A DNA stretch of 64,000 bases from an uncultured Thermoanaerobaculia bacterium. Its GTDB lineage: Bacteria; Acidobacteriota; Thermoanaerobaculia; Multivoradales; Multivoraceae. Within the stretch, counting starts at the first letter, position 1; every line of letters starts with the position of its first letter. The translations under genes were made by a program, and so were the position numbers. Location of the stretch: NCBI GenBank assembly GCA_951812325.1, contig OX638294.1, forward strand, positions 3,198,859 through 3,262,858, given 5' to 3'. This document shows, one piece after another, positions 17,861 to 27,519 of this stretch. Below the pieces are notes generated by a model. That model was not told where the DNA came from. It made no database searches and was given only the letters and a program-made list of their open reading frames with translations.

Positions 17861-18853
17861 TCAGGGGCCTTGTCCACGTTCTCCGCCAGCGGTCCCGCCG
17901 CTCCCGCCGGCTCCGGAGGCGTCGCCGGCCGGCTCGAAGTCCGAGATCTCGCGAAGCTGCTCGAACAGCGCCTGCTCCTCCGCGGTGAGCACCCTGGGGA
18001 CGACGACCTGGACTTCCACCAGTAGATCGCCGTCCGGGCCCTTGGGATCGGGCAGTCCGCGACCGCGCAGGCGCATCTTCCGGCCGGTCGAGGAGCCGGG
18101 CGGGAGCTGTGTCTCCGCATGCCCGGCGAGGGTCGGAATCCGCACCTTCCCGCCCAGCGCCGCGGTCCAGGGCGCCACCGGCACGTCGCAGTGAAGGTCG
18201 CGCCCGCGACGGCGGAAGATCGGATGCGGCAGGGCTTCGACCTTGAGCAGAAGATCGCCATCCGGGGCGCCCAGCCCCTTGCCGCCCTGGCCGCCGAGCC
18301 GGATCGATTGCCCGGGAAGTACGCCCTGCGGAACATTCACCTCCAGGCGCCGGGTCCGGCCGGTCGAACGGTCCAGGAACTCGATCGCACGCGGGCCGCC
18401 CTCAGCCAGGTCCTCGAGGCTGAGCGGCAGCGCCATCTCGTGGTTCCGGCCGCGGCGGGGTGGGGTCCGGCTTCCGGGGCGGCCGCCGCCGGGAAAGTCC
18501 TGCGGACCGGCGCCGCCGAACAGCATGTCGAAGAAGGAGCTGAAGCCGGAGGCGCCGCCGGGACCGCGGCCGCCGCCGAAGCTGAAGTCGAAACGCTCCC
18601 ATCCGGGCGGGGGAGCGCCCCCGGTCTGCACTCTCTGCCAGGCGGCGCCGTACTGGTCGTACCTGCCGCGCTTCTCCTGGTCCTTGAGCACTTCGTACGC
18701 TTCGCCGATGTCCTTGAAGCGGCCCTCGGCGCCCGGGTCCTTGTTCACGTCCGGGTGGAACTGGCGGGCGAGCTTCCGGTAGGCCCGCTGGATCTCCGTC
18801 GCCGAGGCGTCCTTCGAGACGCCCAGCGTCTTGTAGTAGTCCTTGTATTCCAC
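17861..18853 (-). CDS. cbpA: DnaJ-like co-chaperone without zinc finger (CbpA-like)
   Basis: GTG start (VEYKDYYKTLGV) with GGAG 6 nt upstream. J-domain HPD motif (QFHPDVNKD), G/F-rich linker, DnaJ_C domain. 24 nt upstream of clpB on the same strand. The track ORF's N-terminal extension is rejected. Confidence 0.8.
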   Translation of the reverse strand: MEYKDYYKTLGVSKDASATEIQRAYRKLARQFHPDVNKDPGAEGRFKDIGEAYEVLKDQEKRGRYDQYGAAWQRVQTGGAPPPGWERFDFSFGGGRGPGGASGFSSFFDMLFGGAGPQDFPGGGRPGSRTPPRRGRNHEMALPLSLEDLAEGGPRAIEFLDRSTGRTRRLEVNVPQGVLPGQSIRLGGQGGKGLGAPDGDLLLKVEALPHPIFRRRGRDLHCDVPVAPWTAALGGKVRIPTLAGHAETQLPPGSSTGRKMRLRGRGLPDPKGPDGDLLVEVQVVVPRVLTAEEQALFEQLREISDFEPAGDASGAGGSGGTAGGERGQGP

Positions 18854-18938
18854 CTGTTCTCCGTTCCGTGGGTCTGAGCGCCAGCGGCCCAGGTTCGGCA
18901 GATAGTTTAGTCGATCACACTCAACTTTGGAAGGCAGG

Positions 18939-18992
18939 CCGGCGCACCTGTACCTTTGCCGGGTGGATTCCGGTCCCTGTCCGAGGCCGTCC
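18939..18992. repeat. Dispersed ~55-nt intergenic element, copy A (86 nt upstream of the cbpA-clpB operon start)
   Basis: ccggcgcacctgtacctttgccgggtggattccggtccctgtccgaggccgtcc. About 49/54 identical to copy B at 37468-37522, same orientation. Confidence 0.7.
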
Positions 18993-19129
18993 GAGAGGCG
19001 AGCAGTGGTCGAGGCTGCGGTAGCTGTGGGAACCGGTCTGCCGGTTTCCAAGGTCCGGCGGGAAACGGCTAAGCCGTTTTCCGCGGGACCGGCAGCTTCC
19101 CAGTGGCGGCGCCGGAGCCAGATGCACGA

Positions 19130-19153
19130 GGGGCGCGACTCGCGTCGCGCCCC
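19130..19153. terminator. GC-rich hairpin (9-bp stem, 6-nt loop) about 27 nt downstream of fdxA
   Basis: ggggcgcga-ctcgcg-tcgcgcccc. No clear U-tract on the fdxA (minus) transcript, so intrinsic-terminator status is uncertain. Confidence 0.3.
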
Positions 19154-19179
19154 TTCGCCAGTCGCTGATCCCGGTCCGT

Positions 19180-19431
19180 CTACGGCGGGTCGAAGCCGAA
19201 GATCGTGTAGTTCAGCGCAATGTACTTCTCCTGGTCCTCCGGGACCTCCTCGAGCGGCAGGATCGCCTGGACCGGACATGCATCAACGCACAGTCCGCAG
19301 TCGATGCACTCCTCGGGGTGGATGTAGAGCATGTCCCAGTCGTCATCGTCGTAAATGCAGTCGACCGGGCAGACGTCCACGCACGACGTGTCCTTCACGC
19401 CGATGCAGGGTTCAAAGATGATGTGGGTCAT
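19180..19431 (-). CDS. fdxA: 7Fe ferredoxin (FdxA-like, [3Fe-4S][4Fe-4S])
   Basis: 83 aa with CIGVKDTSCVDVCP and CIDCGLCVDACP cysteine clusters. Confidence 0.85.
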   Translation of the reverse strand: MTHIIFEPCIGVKDTSCVDVCPVDCIYDDDDWDMLYIHPEECIDCGLCVDACPVQAILPLEEVPEDQEKYIALNYTIFGFDPP

Positions 19432-19542
19432 CGGACGCTTCCTCGTGCGAACCAGTAGGCGCCGGAAATCTCCGGTTCCGGCGGATTCAAGGTGCGGCAG
19501 ACAGTACCAGAGTCGCTATCGGGGGAGAACCCGCCGCGTCCG

Positions 19543-20703
19543 TCATCGGGCGAGTTGGTGAAACCGTCCCGGCTGCATCGCGGCGGGGACCGGCACGGTT
19601 GAGACCACGGGTCGGCCGAGGACCATCGGGGCGATCATTCTGGCGGTCAGCGGGGCCAGCAGGATGCCGTTGCGGAAGTGCCCGGCGGCGATGTAGAGGC
19701 GGTCGGTCAGAGCGCCGACGAGAGGCCATCCGTCGGGTGTTCCCGGGCGAAGTCCGGCCCAGTGTTCGACCGGGCGGCGGTCGCGCAGCGGGGGCAGCAG
19801 GTCGGCGGCCTCGCTGGCCAGGCCGTTGCCGACCTCGTCGCTCAGGCTGAGGTCGAAGCCGGTGTGCTCGACCGAAGCGCCGATCAGCAGGCGACCGCCG
19901 GCACGGCGGACGGCATAGAAGGACGGAGTTCGGATGGCGCCGGAGAAGGGCCAGTCGACCCGGTCGAAGCCGATCATCTGGCCCTTGACGGGACAAATCG
20001 GCAGGGTGGGCAGCCCGTGGATCGCCGGTGTCCAGGCGCCGCCGCAGACGACGACGGCGTCCGCGGCGACCGCGAAGCCGGCCCCCGTGACCAAGACGCC
20101 GCCGGTCTCCTCGACCACGCTGTCGATCGTGGCCCGGTGGAGAATCACGCCCCGCCGGTGCAGGGCCGCCGCGGCCGCCGCGGCGGCGAGCCGGTTGTCG
20201 ACGCGGTGTTCCCCCGGCAGCGCCAGCGCCGTCTCGATCCCCGGACGAAGGTCCGGCACCAACCGGAGCAGTTCGGCGCGGTCGAGCTCGGCGGTCGGTT
20301 CGCCGAGGTCTTCGGCCTGTTCCCGGATACCGGCCAGCACCTTGCGGCCGGTCTCGTCGAGAACCGGCAGGATGGCGCCCGTGCTGTCGTAGTCGATCGA
20401 GGTTTCGCTCTCCTGCTCGAGGGCCGGCGCCAGCTCGGTCCAGAGATCGCGCGAGACGAGGGCCATCTTCGCGAAGGCGACATCGGCGCTGCTCTCCGCA
20501 ATCGGCGCGATCATCCCCGCCGCGTTGGGCGAGGCGGCGCCGGCGCGGCGGTCGTCGACGACCTCGACCCGGGCGCCGGCGTGGCTCAGCTCACGGGCGA
20601 TCAACAGGCCGATCAAGCCGCCGCCGACGACCAGGACGTCAGGCCGCGGCCCGCCAACAGCCTGCGCGGCAGAGACCGGGTGCGCCCGCCTCCTGGCCGG
20701 CAT
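19543..20703 (-). CDS. FAD-dependent oxidoreductase, DAO family (glycine oxidase ThiO-like)
   Basis: Internal start MPARRRAHP..., whose ATG overlaps the upstream stop (ATGA). Dinucleotide fold VLVVGGGLIGLLIARELSHAGARVEVVD. Confidence 0.7.
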   Translation of the reverse strand: MPARRRAHPVSAAQAVGGPRPDVLVVGGGLIGLLIARELSHAGARVEVVDDRRAGAASPNAAGMIAPIAESSADVAFAKMALVSRDLWTELAPALEQESETSIDYDSTGAILPVLDETGRKVLAGIREQAEDLGEPTAELDRAELLRLVPDLRPGIETALALPGEHRVDNRLAAAAAAAALHRRGVILHRATIDSVVEETGGVLVTGAGFAVAADAVVVCGGAWTPAIHGLPTLPICPVKGQMIGFDRVDWPFSGAIRTPSFYAVRRAGGRLLIGASVEHTGFDLSLSDEVGNGLASEAADLLPPLRDRRPVEHWAGLRPGTPDGWPLVGALTDRLYIAAGHFRNGILLAPLTARMIAPMVLGRPVVSTVPVPAAMQPGRFHQLAR

Positions 20704-23096
20704 CAGTTGTCCGCCAGGGCCTCGGCCTGCAGGCGCGCCCGCGGGCCGACCTTCGGGCCGGCGTCCGACCCCAGCCGTCCGCGCTCCGCGGTGGCGAGGG
20801 CGTCGAATACGGCTCGAGCGCGAGCCCGGTACGCGTCCTGGCCCTCGTCGCCGAGCATCTGCAATGCGAGGCCCACCGTGTACTGGACCGTCTCCCGGCC
20901 CAGACCCGCGCGGCCGGGAGCGTCGATCGTGCGCAGGCTGCGGATTGCCGCGCGGGCGTCGCCGCCTGCCAGCAGCAGGTTCGCGAGATCGAATTCGAGC
21001 AGCCAGCGCGGGATGTCGCCGGTTCGCTCCAACTCCTGGAGCAGCCGCGCGGCGGCGGCAGAGGGCAGCAGGTCGGGACTCCTGACGTCGAGCTGGGTCC
21101 AGCCCCACTCCGGCTCGACGGTCAGGACCCGGACGGTGTCCCGATCCTGGATCTCGAGTTCGACCACGTCGCCGGGCCGCAGGTCCTCGAGAACCGAGGT
21201 CAACTGCAGGGTCGAGTATGCGGCCGTTCCGTTGATGGCCAGAACTCCCATCCCGGGCCTGAGTCCCGCTTCCTGCGCGGGTCCGCGGGGCTCTACGGTG
21301 GCCACGATGGGCGCATCCGCACTCAGCGAGTCGATCAGGACGGCGCCGAACCGCGGCGCTTGAAGGCCCAGATCCGGATCGAGCCCGCCGGCGAGGCTGA
21401 CGAGCGCTTTGCCGTCGAGACGGCCGTCGTCGATCCGCACGGTCCGCACGTCCGGCCGGGCCGGGCCGGGAGCGGCCGGCCACCACCACAGGTCGACCGC
21501 ATCGGCTACCAGATCGTCGTTCAGGACGGCGACGAAGTAGAGCGCCGCCGGCAGCCCGGCCTGAATGTGCTCCTGAACCGCGGGCCAGTCGAGCTCCCGG
21601 CGGGCGGCTGCCCTTTCTCGCAGCACCTCCGCATCGACTCCCAGGCCGGCGAGCGCGGCGACACCTTCCGTGGCGCGTCCGAGCACGCTGTAGGCGCTGG
21701 CGCCGCGAAACGATTCGAGCGCCGCGTCCAACGCCCGAGCGCCGGCGGGATCGTCGCCCAGCACGCCGAGGTAGACCAGCGCGGGGCGGAGTTCGATCTC
21801 GATGTCCAGCCGTCGCCGGTCTTCGGCGATCACGGAGGTTTCGAAGTAGCCCAGGGCGCCGTGGGTTACCGAGATGTCGTAGGCGCCGGGAGGCAGGCGT
21901 ACCTGCGGCGGTGACTTCGAGCGGTCGGGACGCAGGATCCGGCCGTTGCCAAGAACGGCCGCGCTTTCCGGCAGGCCGGCGAGACCGATGACCGCTTCCT
22001 CACGCTCGAGAACGATCGGCGGCAGCTCGTAGTCGCGGAGGTCGGGCAGTTGCAGGCGCGTCACGAAGCTCCGGAAGCCATCCTTCTCGATCGTGATCCG
22101 GTAGCGGCCGGGGGCCAGATCCTCGACCCGGAGTTCCTCCGAGAAGTCCTCGGGCGGATGATCCGAGGCTGGCCCGTCCGGTCGGAACCAGGGTTCTGCC
22201 TGGCCGGCCGTTCGTCCGCGTTCGATGCCGTCGACCAGGACCGCGGCGCCGGTCGGCGCGGTACGCAGGAGGACAACGGCGCTGTCACGCTCCAATTCGA
22301 CTTCGACCTCGAGGTCGCGCCCGCCGATGACCGTGAACGCTGCGGTAGCAGGCAGAAAGCCCGGACGCGAAATGAAGGCCAGGTAGTCGCCGACCAGCAT
22401 GGGACTGGGCTCGGGCGGTTCGAACGGTTCCGGTCCCGGTTCCGCGTCCATTCCCGTCTCGGGGTCGGCCGCCGCGTCGGCGTCGCCTCCGTCACCCGGC
22501 TCCCCGCGTTCCTCGCGCGGAGGCGTCTCAGGCGGCGCGGCGTTGCCGAACTCCGCGTCCCCGACCAGAATGCGCGCGTCCCGCGGCAGGACGAAGAAGG
22601 AGACGCGGCCCAGGAGCTCTTCCTTTCGGCGCTCCAGGCGATCGGTCAACTGCCTGCCGGCCGTTTCCGCGTCCAGCTCGAAGCGGGGATCGAGGCGGAC
22701 GATCCGGTCGAGGGAGGCGTCGGCGGCGTCCCGATCGCCGAGCGTCCACCGGGCGGCGGCCAGATAGAGCCAGGCGGTGCGCAGGGTCTCGAACAGGCGT
22801 GGGTCGTTCGCGGCCAGGTCCCGCGCGTTGCCGGCAGCGACAGCGAGCGGCTCCAGCGTGTCGACCACGCTCTGCAGGATGGGAATTGCCCCCTCGGAGT
22901 CGCCTTCCGCGTAGAGGTCGCCGGCCTCGGCCAGTGCGGCCGTCGCCTGTGGCGGCAGCCGGCTCGAACGCTCGATCTCCAGATCGCTGCGGCCGATTTC
23001 CTGGACACCCGGGCGCTGTGCGGCCAGGGGGCCGGAGAGCGCGACGACCAGGGTCAGGATGGGCCCGAGCATCTCGAACCGGCGGCGTGCGCTCAT
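20703..23096 (-). CDS. Secreted TPR / PDZ-domain protein
   Basis: 797 aa. Signal peptide, TPR-like N-terminal region, acidic low-complexity linker, C-terminal PDZ-like GLRPGMGVLAINGTA...LRPGDVVELEI. Confidence 0.6.
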   Translation of the reverse strand: MSARRRFEMLGPILTLVVALSGPLAAQRPGVQEIGRSDLEIERSSRLPPQATAALAEAGDLYAEGDSEGAIPILQSVVDTLEPLAVAAGNARDLAANDPRLFETLRTAWLYLAAARWTLGDRDAADASLDRIVRLDPRFELDAETAGRQLTDRLERRKEELLGRVSFFVLPRDARILVGDAEFGNAAPPETPPREERGEPGDGGDADAAADPETGMDAEPGPEPFEPPEPSPMLVGDYLAFISRPGFLPATAAFTVIGGRDLEVEVELERDSAVVLLRTAPTGAAVLVDGIERGRTAGQAEPWFRPDGPASDHPPEDFSEELRVEDLAPGRYRITIEKDGFRSFVTRLQLPDLRDYELPPIVLEREEAVIGLAGLPESAAVLGNGRILRPDRSKSPPQVRLPPGAYDISVTHGALGYFETSVIAEDRRRLDIEIELRPALVYLGVLGDDPAGARALDAALESFRGASAYSVLGRATEGVAALAGLGVDAEVLRERAAARRELDWPAVQEHIQAGLPAALYFVAVLNDDLVADAVDLWWWPAAPGPARPDVRTVRIDDGRLDGKALVSLAGGLDPDLGLQAPRFGAVLIDSLSADAPIVATVEPRGPAQEAGLRPGMGVLAINGTAAYSTLQLTSVLEDLRPGDVVELEIQDRDTVRVLTVEPEWGWTQLDVRSPDLLPSAAAARLLQELERTGDIPRWLLEFDLANLLLAGGDARAAIRSLRTIDAPGRAGLGRETVQYTVGLALQMLGDEGQDAYRARARAVFDALATAERGRLGSDAGPKVGPRARLQAEALADN

Positions 23097-23172
23097 CGCT
23101 ACTGCCCCGAACGACGGTCGCGGTCGTCAACTGCCCCGACGAGGGCCTTGAACAGGCGGCGTGCGCTCATCG

Positions 23173-24519
23173 CTACTCCACGACCAGGACGGTGCCGAGC
23201 CTGCTGTCGGCGATGAAGATGCGCCCCCGGGCATCGACCGCGATGTCCTCCGGGGCCCGAAGCTCCTGGGCGCCCGGGAGGGTGGGTCCGATCGTGGCGA
23301 CGGGAGCGGCCGCCGGGTCGTAGACGAGGACCTGCAGCGCTCCCGTGTCGAGCACGTACCGGTTGCCCAACGGGTCGACGTCGATCGCCGTGGGCCGTTT
23401 CCATTCGGCGCGGAACGACTCCTCCAACCTGCCGTCAGCGGCGAAGCGGAGCACCGATGGAGCCTGTGAGCGGGAACCCGCGTCCAGGACGTGGATGGCG
23501 CCGTTCTCGCCGAGGGCCAGGTCGATGGGCCGGGTCATGGCGGCCGCCTTCAGGGTCTCGAGCAGGCGGCCGTTCGAATCGTAGCGGAGCACCTCGGCCG
23601 CGCGGCGCGACAGAACGGTCCAGTTGCCGAAGTCGTCCCGGGCGGCGGCGACGATCCGGTCGAGGGCGCCGCCCTGAGGGCGGGCGAACGACAGGCTCGT
23701 CGGCGCCTGGAAGTCCGTCACTCCATCGGCCGTGATCACCGCCAGCGGGCCTCGGGATGTCTGGCCCGGCTTGACGATCCCGCGCAGGTCGCGGGCCGCG
23801 GACGGCATCCCTGCGGCGTCGAGAATCGCCGCGCGATTCGGCTCGGTGACCAGGAGTTCACCGTCCGGTCCGGCGGCGACACCGCGGGGCCTCTCGATTC
23901 CCACCCGTTCTGGCAGGTAGGGCCGGGAACGGCGCCAGGGTTCCCCGCCGGCCAGTGGCCGCAGGATCATGCGCTCGATCAGGGTCGTCCGTTCGAGCGC
24001 CGCATCGGCAAGGTCGGCAACCGACGCCTCGCCTGCGGCGGCGCGGCGGAGCCAGCCTTCCCGCGCCAGCCGCAGATGGTTGGCTGCCTGCTGCCAGTCG
24101 CCCCGCGCGAGGAGCAGTTCGCCGAGTTCGAAGTGGGCCCTGGGAGTCCACTCGCTCTCGGCCTCGCGCTCCAGTACGCGCAACAGCTCGCCTCCGGCTG
24201 CTGCGGCGTCGCCGGTCCGCCGGCCCAGCGCGGCTGCCTCGACCAGGGCGCGGGCGCGAACCGCCGACCGGGGGTGTCGGCTCCGGGGAAAGCGCTGGCT
24301 GATCGCCAGCAACTGCCCGCGGGCGTCCCTGAGGTCGCCGGTGCTGCGCGCCGAGGCCGCGATGGCGAGTGCCGCATCCACGGCCGCGGCCGCCTCCCGC
24401 CGGGTCTCGTCCCGCCGGGTCTCGTCCTGCCGGGTCTCGTCCTGCCGGGCCGGCAGAGCCGCGGCGACGAGGACTGCGACCAGGCACAGGCCAAGGCGGG
24501 GACACGGGCTGCGGATCAT
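23173..24519 (-). CDS. Secreted TPR + NHL-repeat beta-propeller protein
   Basis: Start at internal MIRSPCPRLGLCLVAVLVAAAL (signal peptide). C-terminal NHL-like repeats (NRYVLDTGALQVLVYD; RGRIFIADSRLGTVLVV). Confidence 0.6.
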   Translation of the reverse strand: MIRSPCPRLGLCLVAVLVAAALPARQDETRQDETRRDETRREAAAAVDAALAIAASARSTGDLRDARGQLLAISQRFPRSRHPRSAVRARALVEAAALGRRTGDAAAAGGELLRVLEREAESEWTPRAHFELGELLLARGDWQQAANHLRLAREGWLRRAAAGEASVADLADAALERTTLIERMILRPLAGGEPWRRSRPYLPERVGIERPRGVAAGPDGELLVTEPNRAAILDAAGMPSAARDLRGIVKPGQTSRGPLAVITADGVTDFQAPTSLSFARPQGGALDRIVAAARDDFGNWTVLSRRAAEVLRYDSNGRLLETLKAAAMTRPIDLALGENGAIHVLDAGSRSQAPSVLRFAADGRLEESFRAEWKRPTAIDVDPLGNRYVLDTGALQVLVYDPAAAPVATIGPTLPGAQELRAPEDIAVDARGRIFIADSRLGTVLVVE

Positions 24520-24780
24520 GCCGACCAACCCCCGGGCCTCCAGCAGCACACACCCTTCCAGATCACGACGGACGCGCCGTCTGTGGCAGAGGCGGGGCTG
24601 CATTCGCGCGGCCATGGCGCCCGTTGGCATCGTGCCGCCCTCCGTGCGCTCGATGACTCGCACGCGGAGATGGTTTCGCGTGTGGCGCGGGACGCGCCAC
24701 ACGGGTTGGTCTCCCGTCGCGCCCTGCTGGACGGGCGCCTGACCGCTCCCGGTGCGACACGGACTTTCGCCACCGGCTGC

Positions 24781-26601
24781 CTAGGCGTCGAGTTGCTCGC
24801 CGAGCTGCTCGTCGCTGATCCGTTGGGCGCTTGGCGAGTGGGGGGCGTGAGTCAGGATCTGGTTGGCGCGCATGATCGCCTTTGCCGCGTCGCCGAGATC
24901 CTGGTAGGTGAGCATCTCCTTGTAGAGCACGTCGGCGAGTCGGTTCAGCTGCTCTTCGACCTGGCCTGCGTATGGGCCGCCCGGGAAGCGCTCGAGGTAC
25001 TCCGAGCCGCTCGTGATGTCGTCGTAGTCGCCGACCAGTTTACCCAGCCGATCCTCGGCCCGCTGACCGAGCTCGGGGTCACGCTGCTGGAGCGCGAGGT
25101 GCTGGAGTGAGCCGAGACGGGTGAGCACCGGCGCCAGGTTGCGCAGGCCGCGCTGGGCAGCGGCCGCCGGAGTGTCTCCGTCCTCCTCGATGTCGCTGGC
25201 CGGCTCCGATTCCCATGCCTCGAGGAAGTGCTCCACCGCGTCCGTTTCGCGGCCGAGCCGGCTGTAGGAGATGCCCAGCAGCAGCGCCACCCTGGGTGTG
25301 CGCGGCGAGTCGGGATAGTTGGACAGGAAGGCTTCGAGGAAGGGGGTTTCGAACACCCCCCGGTCGAGGATCCTGATCGAGTGGCCGTAGAGCTCTTCGG
25401 ACTGGCGGCGCAGGTCGGCCAGCTCGTTGCCGAGGTCCGCCAGGAAGGGTGAGTCGGGGGTCAGGGAGCGGACGCTCTCCATCTGCCGGCGATAGGCGGC
25501 GATGATGCGGCCGTAGTCCCGGGACGTGCCCAACCGCTCGAGTTCGGCGTCTCGCAGCCCGTGCAGCTTCCGCAGCCGCAGGGATTCGGCGGCACGGCCG
25601 GAGGGCCAGGCGTGAAGCGCCAACTCGTTCAGCAGTTCGAGCTCGGGCGGCGTGGCCAGGCGTCCCTGCGGGCGGCCGGGAGGCCGTTCCTCCGCTTCGC
25701 GTTCTCCGAACCCGAGCAGCACCGCCTGCGTCTCGCTGCGGTACGCATCGACCTGCTCGGCGGGTTCCGGCTCCAGCGTCGCCAGGTAGCGACCACGGGC
25801 CTCGGCGGCGTGAACGCGAGAATCGAAGAACGGGTGGGTCTGCCAGTAGCCGTAGGCCTTCGATTGCGAGATGCGCTCGCCCATCCTGGCCATCAGCGCG
25901 CTGAGCGCCGTCGGGTCGTAGCCGGCTGCCGCCGCGAGGCGCTGCCCCTCCTCGTCGCTCTCGTCCTCGTGCTCGCGCGAGTAGCTGCGCATGACGAGTT
26001 CGGTGATCGCCATGCCGCCGAGCAGGGCGGCCTGAGCGGCTGCCTCGGTCGAACTCTGATCGCGGGTGTAGCCGTAGGGAGTGAGGTAGCCGTCGCGCCG
26101 GTCGCCGGCGCTGGCCGCGATCAGGCCGACGGACAGCAGGGCGCTGACCGCGTTCAGCTTCATCGCGCGCTTCTTCTGCTTCAGGAAGTGCTCCGAGGTG
26201 ACGTGAGCGATCTCGTGGCCGAGCAGCGCGGCGAGCATGTCGTCCGAGAGGTCGAGGTCGAGGATGCCTCTGGTGACGAAGATCTGGCCGGCCGGCAGCG
26301 CGAAGGCGTTGGGGATCGGCGTGTCGACGACGGCGAAGGTGAAGGGGTAGCGGTCGAAGTCTGCGTGGTGGGCGAGCTGATAGCCGATCCGGTTGACGCG
26401 CTCCTGAGCCTCGGCGTCGTCGAGCAGGCCGTACTGCCGTACCGCCTGAGCGGCCGCGGCCAGGCTCTTCCGGAACAGGCCCGGATTCGAGATCTCGACG
26501 CCGGGCGCGGCGGCGGCGCCGGCGAGATTCCATGCCAGGACGACAGCGGTTGCGGAGCGCGCGGACACCCTGCGGCGGTTGGGACGGTGGGCCGGGATCA
26601 T
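24781..26601 (-). CDS. M48-family zinc metalloprotease with C-terminal TPR domain (BepA-like)
   Basis: HEIAHVTSEHF (HExxH) with downstream Glu, plus TPR helices. Confidence 0.8.
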   Translation of the reverse strand: MIPAHRPNRRRVSARSATAVVLAWNLAGAAAAPGVEISNPGLFRKSLAAAAQAVRQYGLLDDAEAQERVNRIGYQLAHHADFDRYPFTFAVVDTPIPNAFALPAGQIFVTRGILDLDLSDDMLAALLGHEIAHVTSEHFLKQKKRAMKLNAVSALLSVGLIAASAGDRRDGYLTPYGYTRDQSSTEAAAQAALLGGMAITELVMRSYSREHEDESDEEGQRLAAAAGYDPTALSALMARMGERISQSKAYGYWQTHPFFDSRVHAAEARGRYLATLEPEPAEQVDAYRSETQAVLLGFGEREAEERPPGRPQGRLATPPELELLNELALHAWPSGRAAESLRLRKLHGLRDAELERLGTSRDYGRIIAAYRRQMESVRSLTPDSPFLADLGNELADLRRQSEELYGHSIRILDRGVFETPFLEAFLSNYPDSPRTPRVALLLGISYSRLGRETDAVEHFLEAWESEPASDIEEDGDTPAAAAQRGLRNLAPVLTRLGSLQHLALQQRDPELGQRAEDRLGKLVGDYDDITSGSEYLERFPGGPYAGQVEEQLNRLADVLYKEMLTYQDLGDAAKAIMRANQILTHAPHSPSAQRISDEQLGEQLDA

Positions 26602-26656
26602 GAGTGGGGCAACGGTGGCTTGCTCTCGGGAGATTCCAGCTTCATAGGATAGCGCC

Positions 26657-27376
26657 GTGGCGGCCCCGGAGTTGCTGGAGGCGTTGGCAACGGCGGCGCG
26701 GAGCGGCCGGGGCCATGAGCCCTGGGTGTTCTACCCGCAGGATGGCCGCTGGCGTTGGTGGTCGTTCAGGCGGGGCTGGATGGAGGTCGAGCGCTGGCGG
26801 GCGGCGTTCGCTCGTGGCGGCGGAGCGTCCATCGACCAGGCCCCGGCGCCGCAGACCTCTCCGCAGGCGCTCTGTTGTCACCTCGCGGCAGCCCGCGCGG
26901 AGGCAACCGGCGTGGAATCGGCGGCTTCGACCGCGTTCGACGGGCTGCTGGCGCCGCGGCGGCTGGCGCGGGAGATCGTCGTCGTCACGCCTCCCGCGGC
27001 GGCGTCGCCGAGCGAGGTGGACCGTCTGGCGGAGCCGTGGCTGCACTGGTGCTGCCTGAACCTGGCCGTCCTGGTACTCGAACCGAGCCGCGGCGCCCTG
27101 GTCGGTTCGGTCTTGTGGTGCCGGCCGACGGTGCTCCTTGCCGGTCTCGAGCAGGAGCGCGCGCTCGCCGCAGCGGTGCGGGAACGCAGCCGGGACCGCG
27201 TTCGCCGGGCCGCGGCCCTGGTCGACCGGCTCCGTGTTCTCCTCGTCGCGGCCGACGACCGCGGCGCCGTTGGCGAAGCCCCGGCGCCGGCCGGCTTCTG
27301 GCGTTCCCGGGGCGTGCAGCGGCGCCTGGTGTACCGGGAAGACGTCGATCCCTCCACCCGCGTGCCCGAGGTGTAG
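26657..27376 (+). CDS. Hypothetical protein
   Basis: 239-aa ORF divergent from the M48 gene. High GC3 consistent with coding, Trp-rich (WVFYPQDGRWRWWSF), no recognisable motif. Real start uncertain. Confidence 0.4.
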   Translation: MAAPELLEALATAARSGRGHEPWVFYPQDGRWRWWSFRRGWMEVERWRAAFARGGGASIDQAPAPQTSPQALCCHLAAARAEATGVESAASTAFDGLLAPRRLAREIVVVTPPAAASPSEVDRLAEPWLHWCCLNLAVLVLEPSRGALVGSVLWCRPTVLLAGLEQERALAAAVRERSRDRVRRAAALVDRLRVLLVAADDRGAVGEAPAPAGFWRSRGVQRRLVYREDVDPSTRVPEV

Positions 27377-27519
27377 CTGCCCGGCGCCCGCAGGCGTGCA
27401 CCGCGCCGGTCGCAGCGCCCGCCCGCCCGAGTCGGGTCGTTGATACAGTGCCGACTGATGAACATTGCGGGCCGGTGCGTTGCGGATGCGACTCCGGCCC
27501 TGCGCCAGGGAGGCTCAGG

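Noticed and set aside
15258-18025. 395-aa (-), 751-aa (+) and other ORFs overlapping clpB
   Set aside because: Antisense or off-frame to an unambiguous ClpB.
18939-18960. Sigma-54 promoter-like GGCGCAC...TTTGC inside the dispersed repeat
   Set aside because: The spacing between the GG and GC elements is 14 instead of 10-11, and the orientation would drive transcription away from the adjacent genes.
19678-26533. Several 500-560-aa ORFs (19678..21363 +, 23491..25110 +, 25079..26533 -, 22050..23216 +)
   Set aside because: All overlap better-supported genes on the other strand or frame and are Arg/Gly/Pro-dominated.
26755-27519. N-terminal 255 codons of the 639-aa dctP ORF
   Set aside because: Arg/Gly-rich with no signal peptide. 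The DctP homology and an RBS-preceded ATG begin at 27520.
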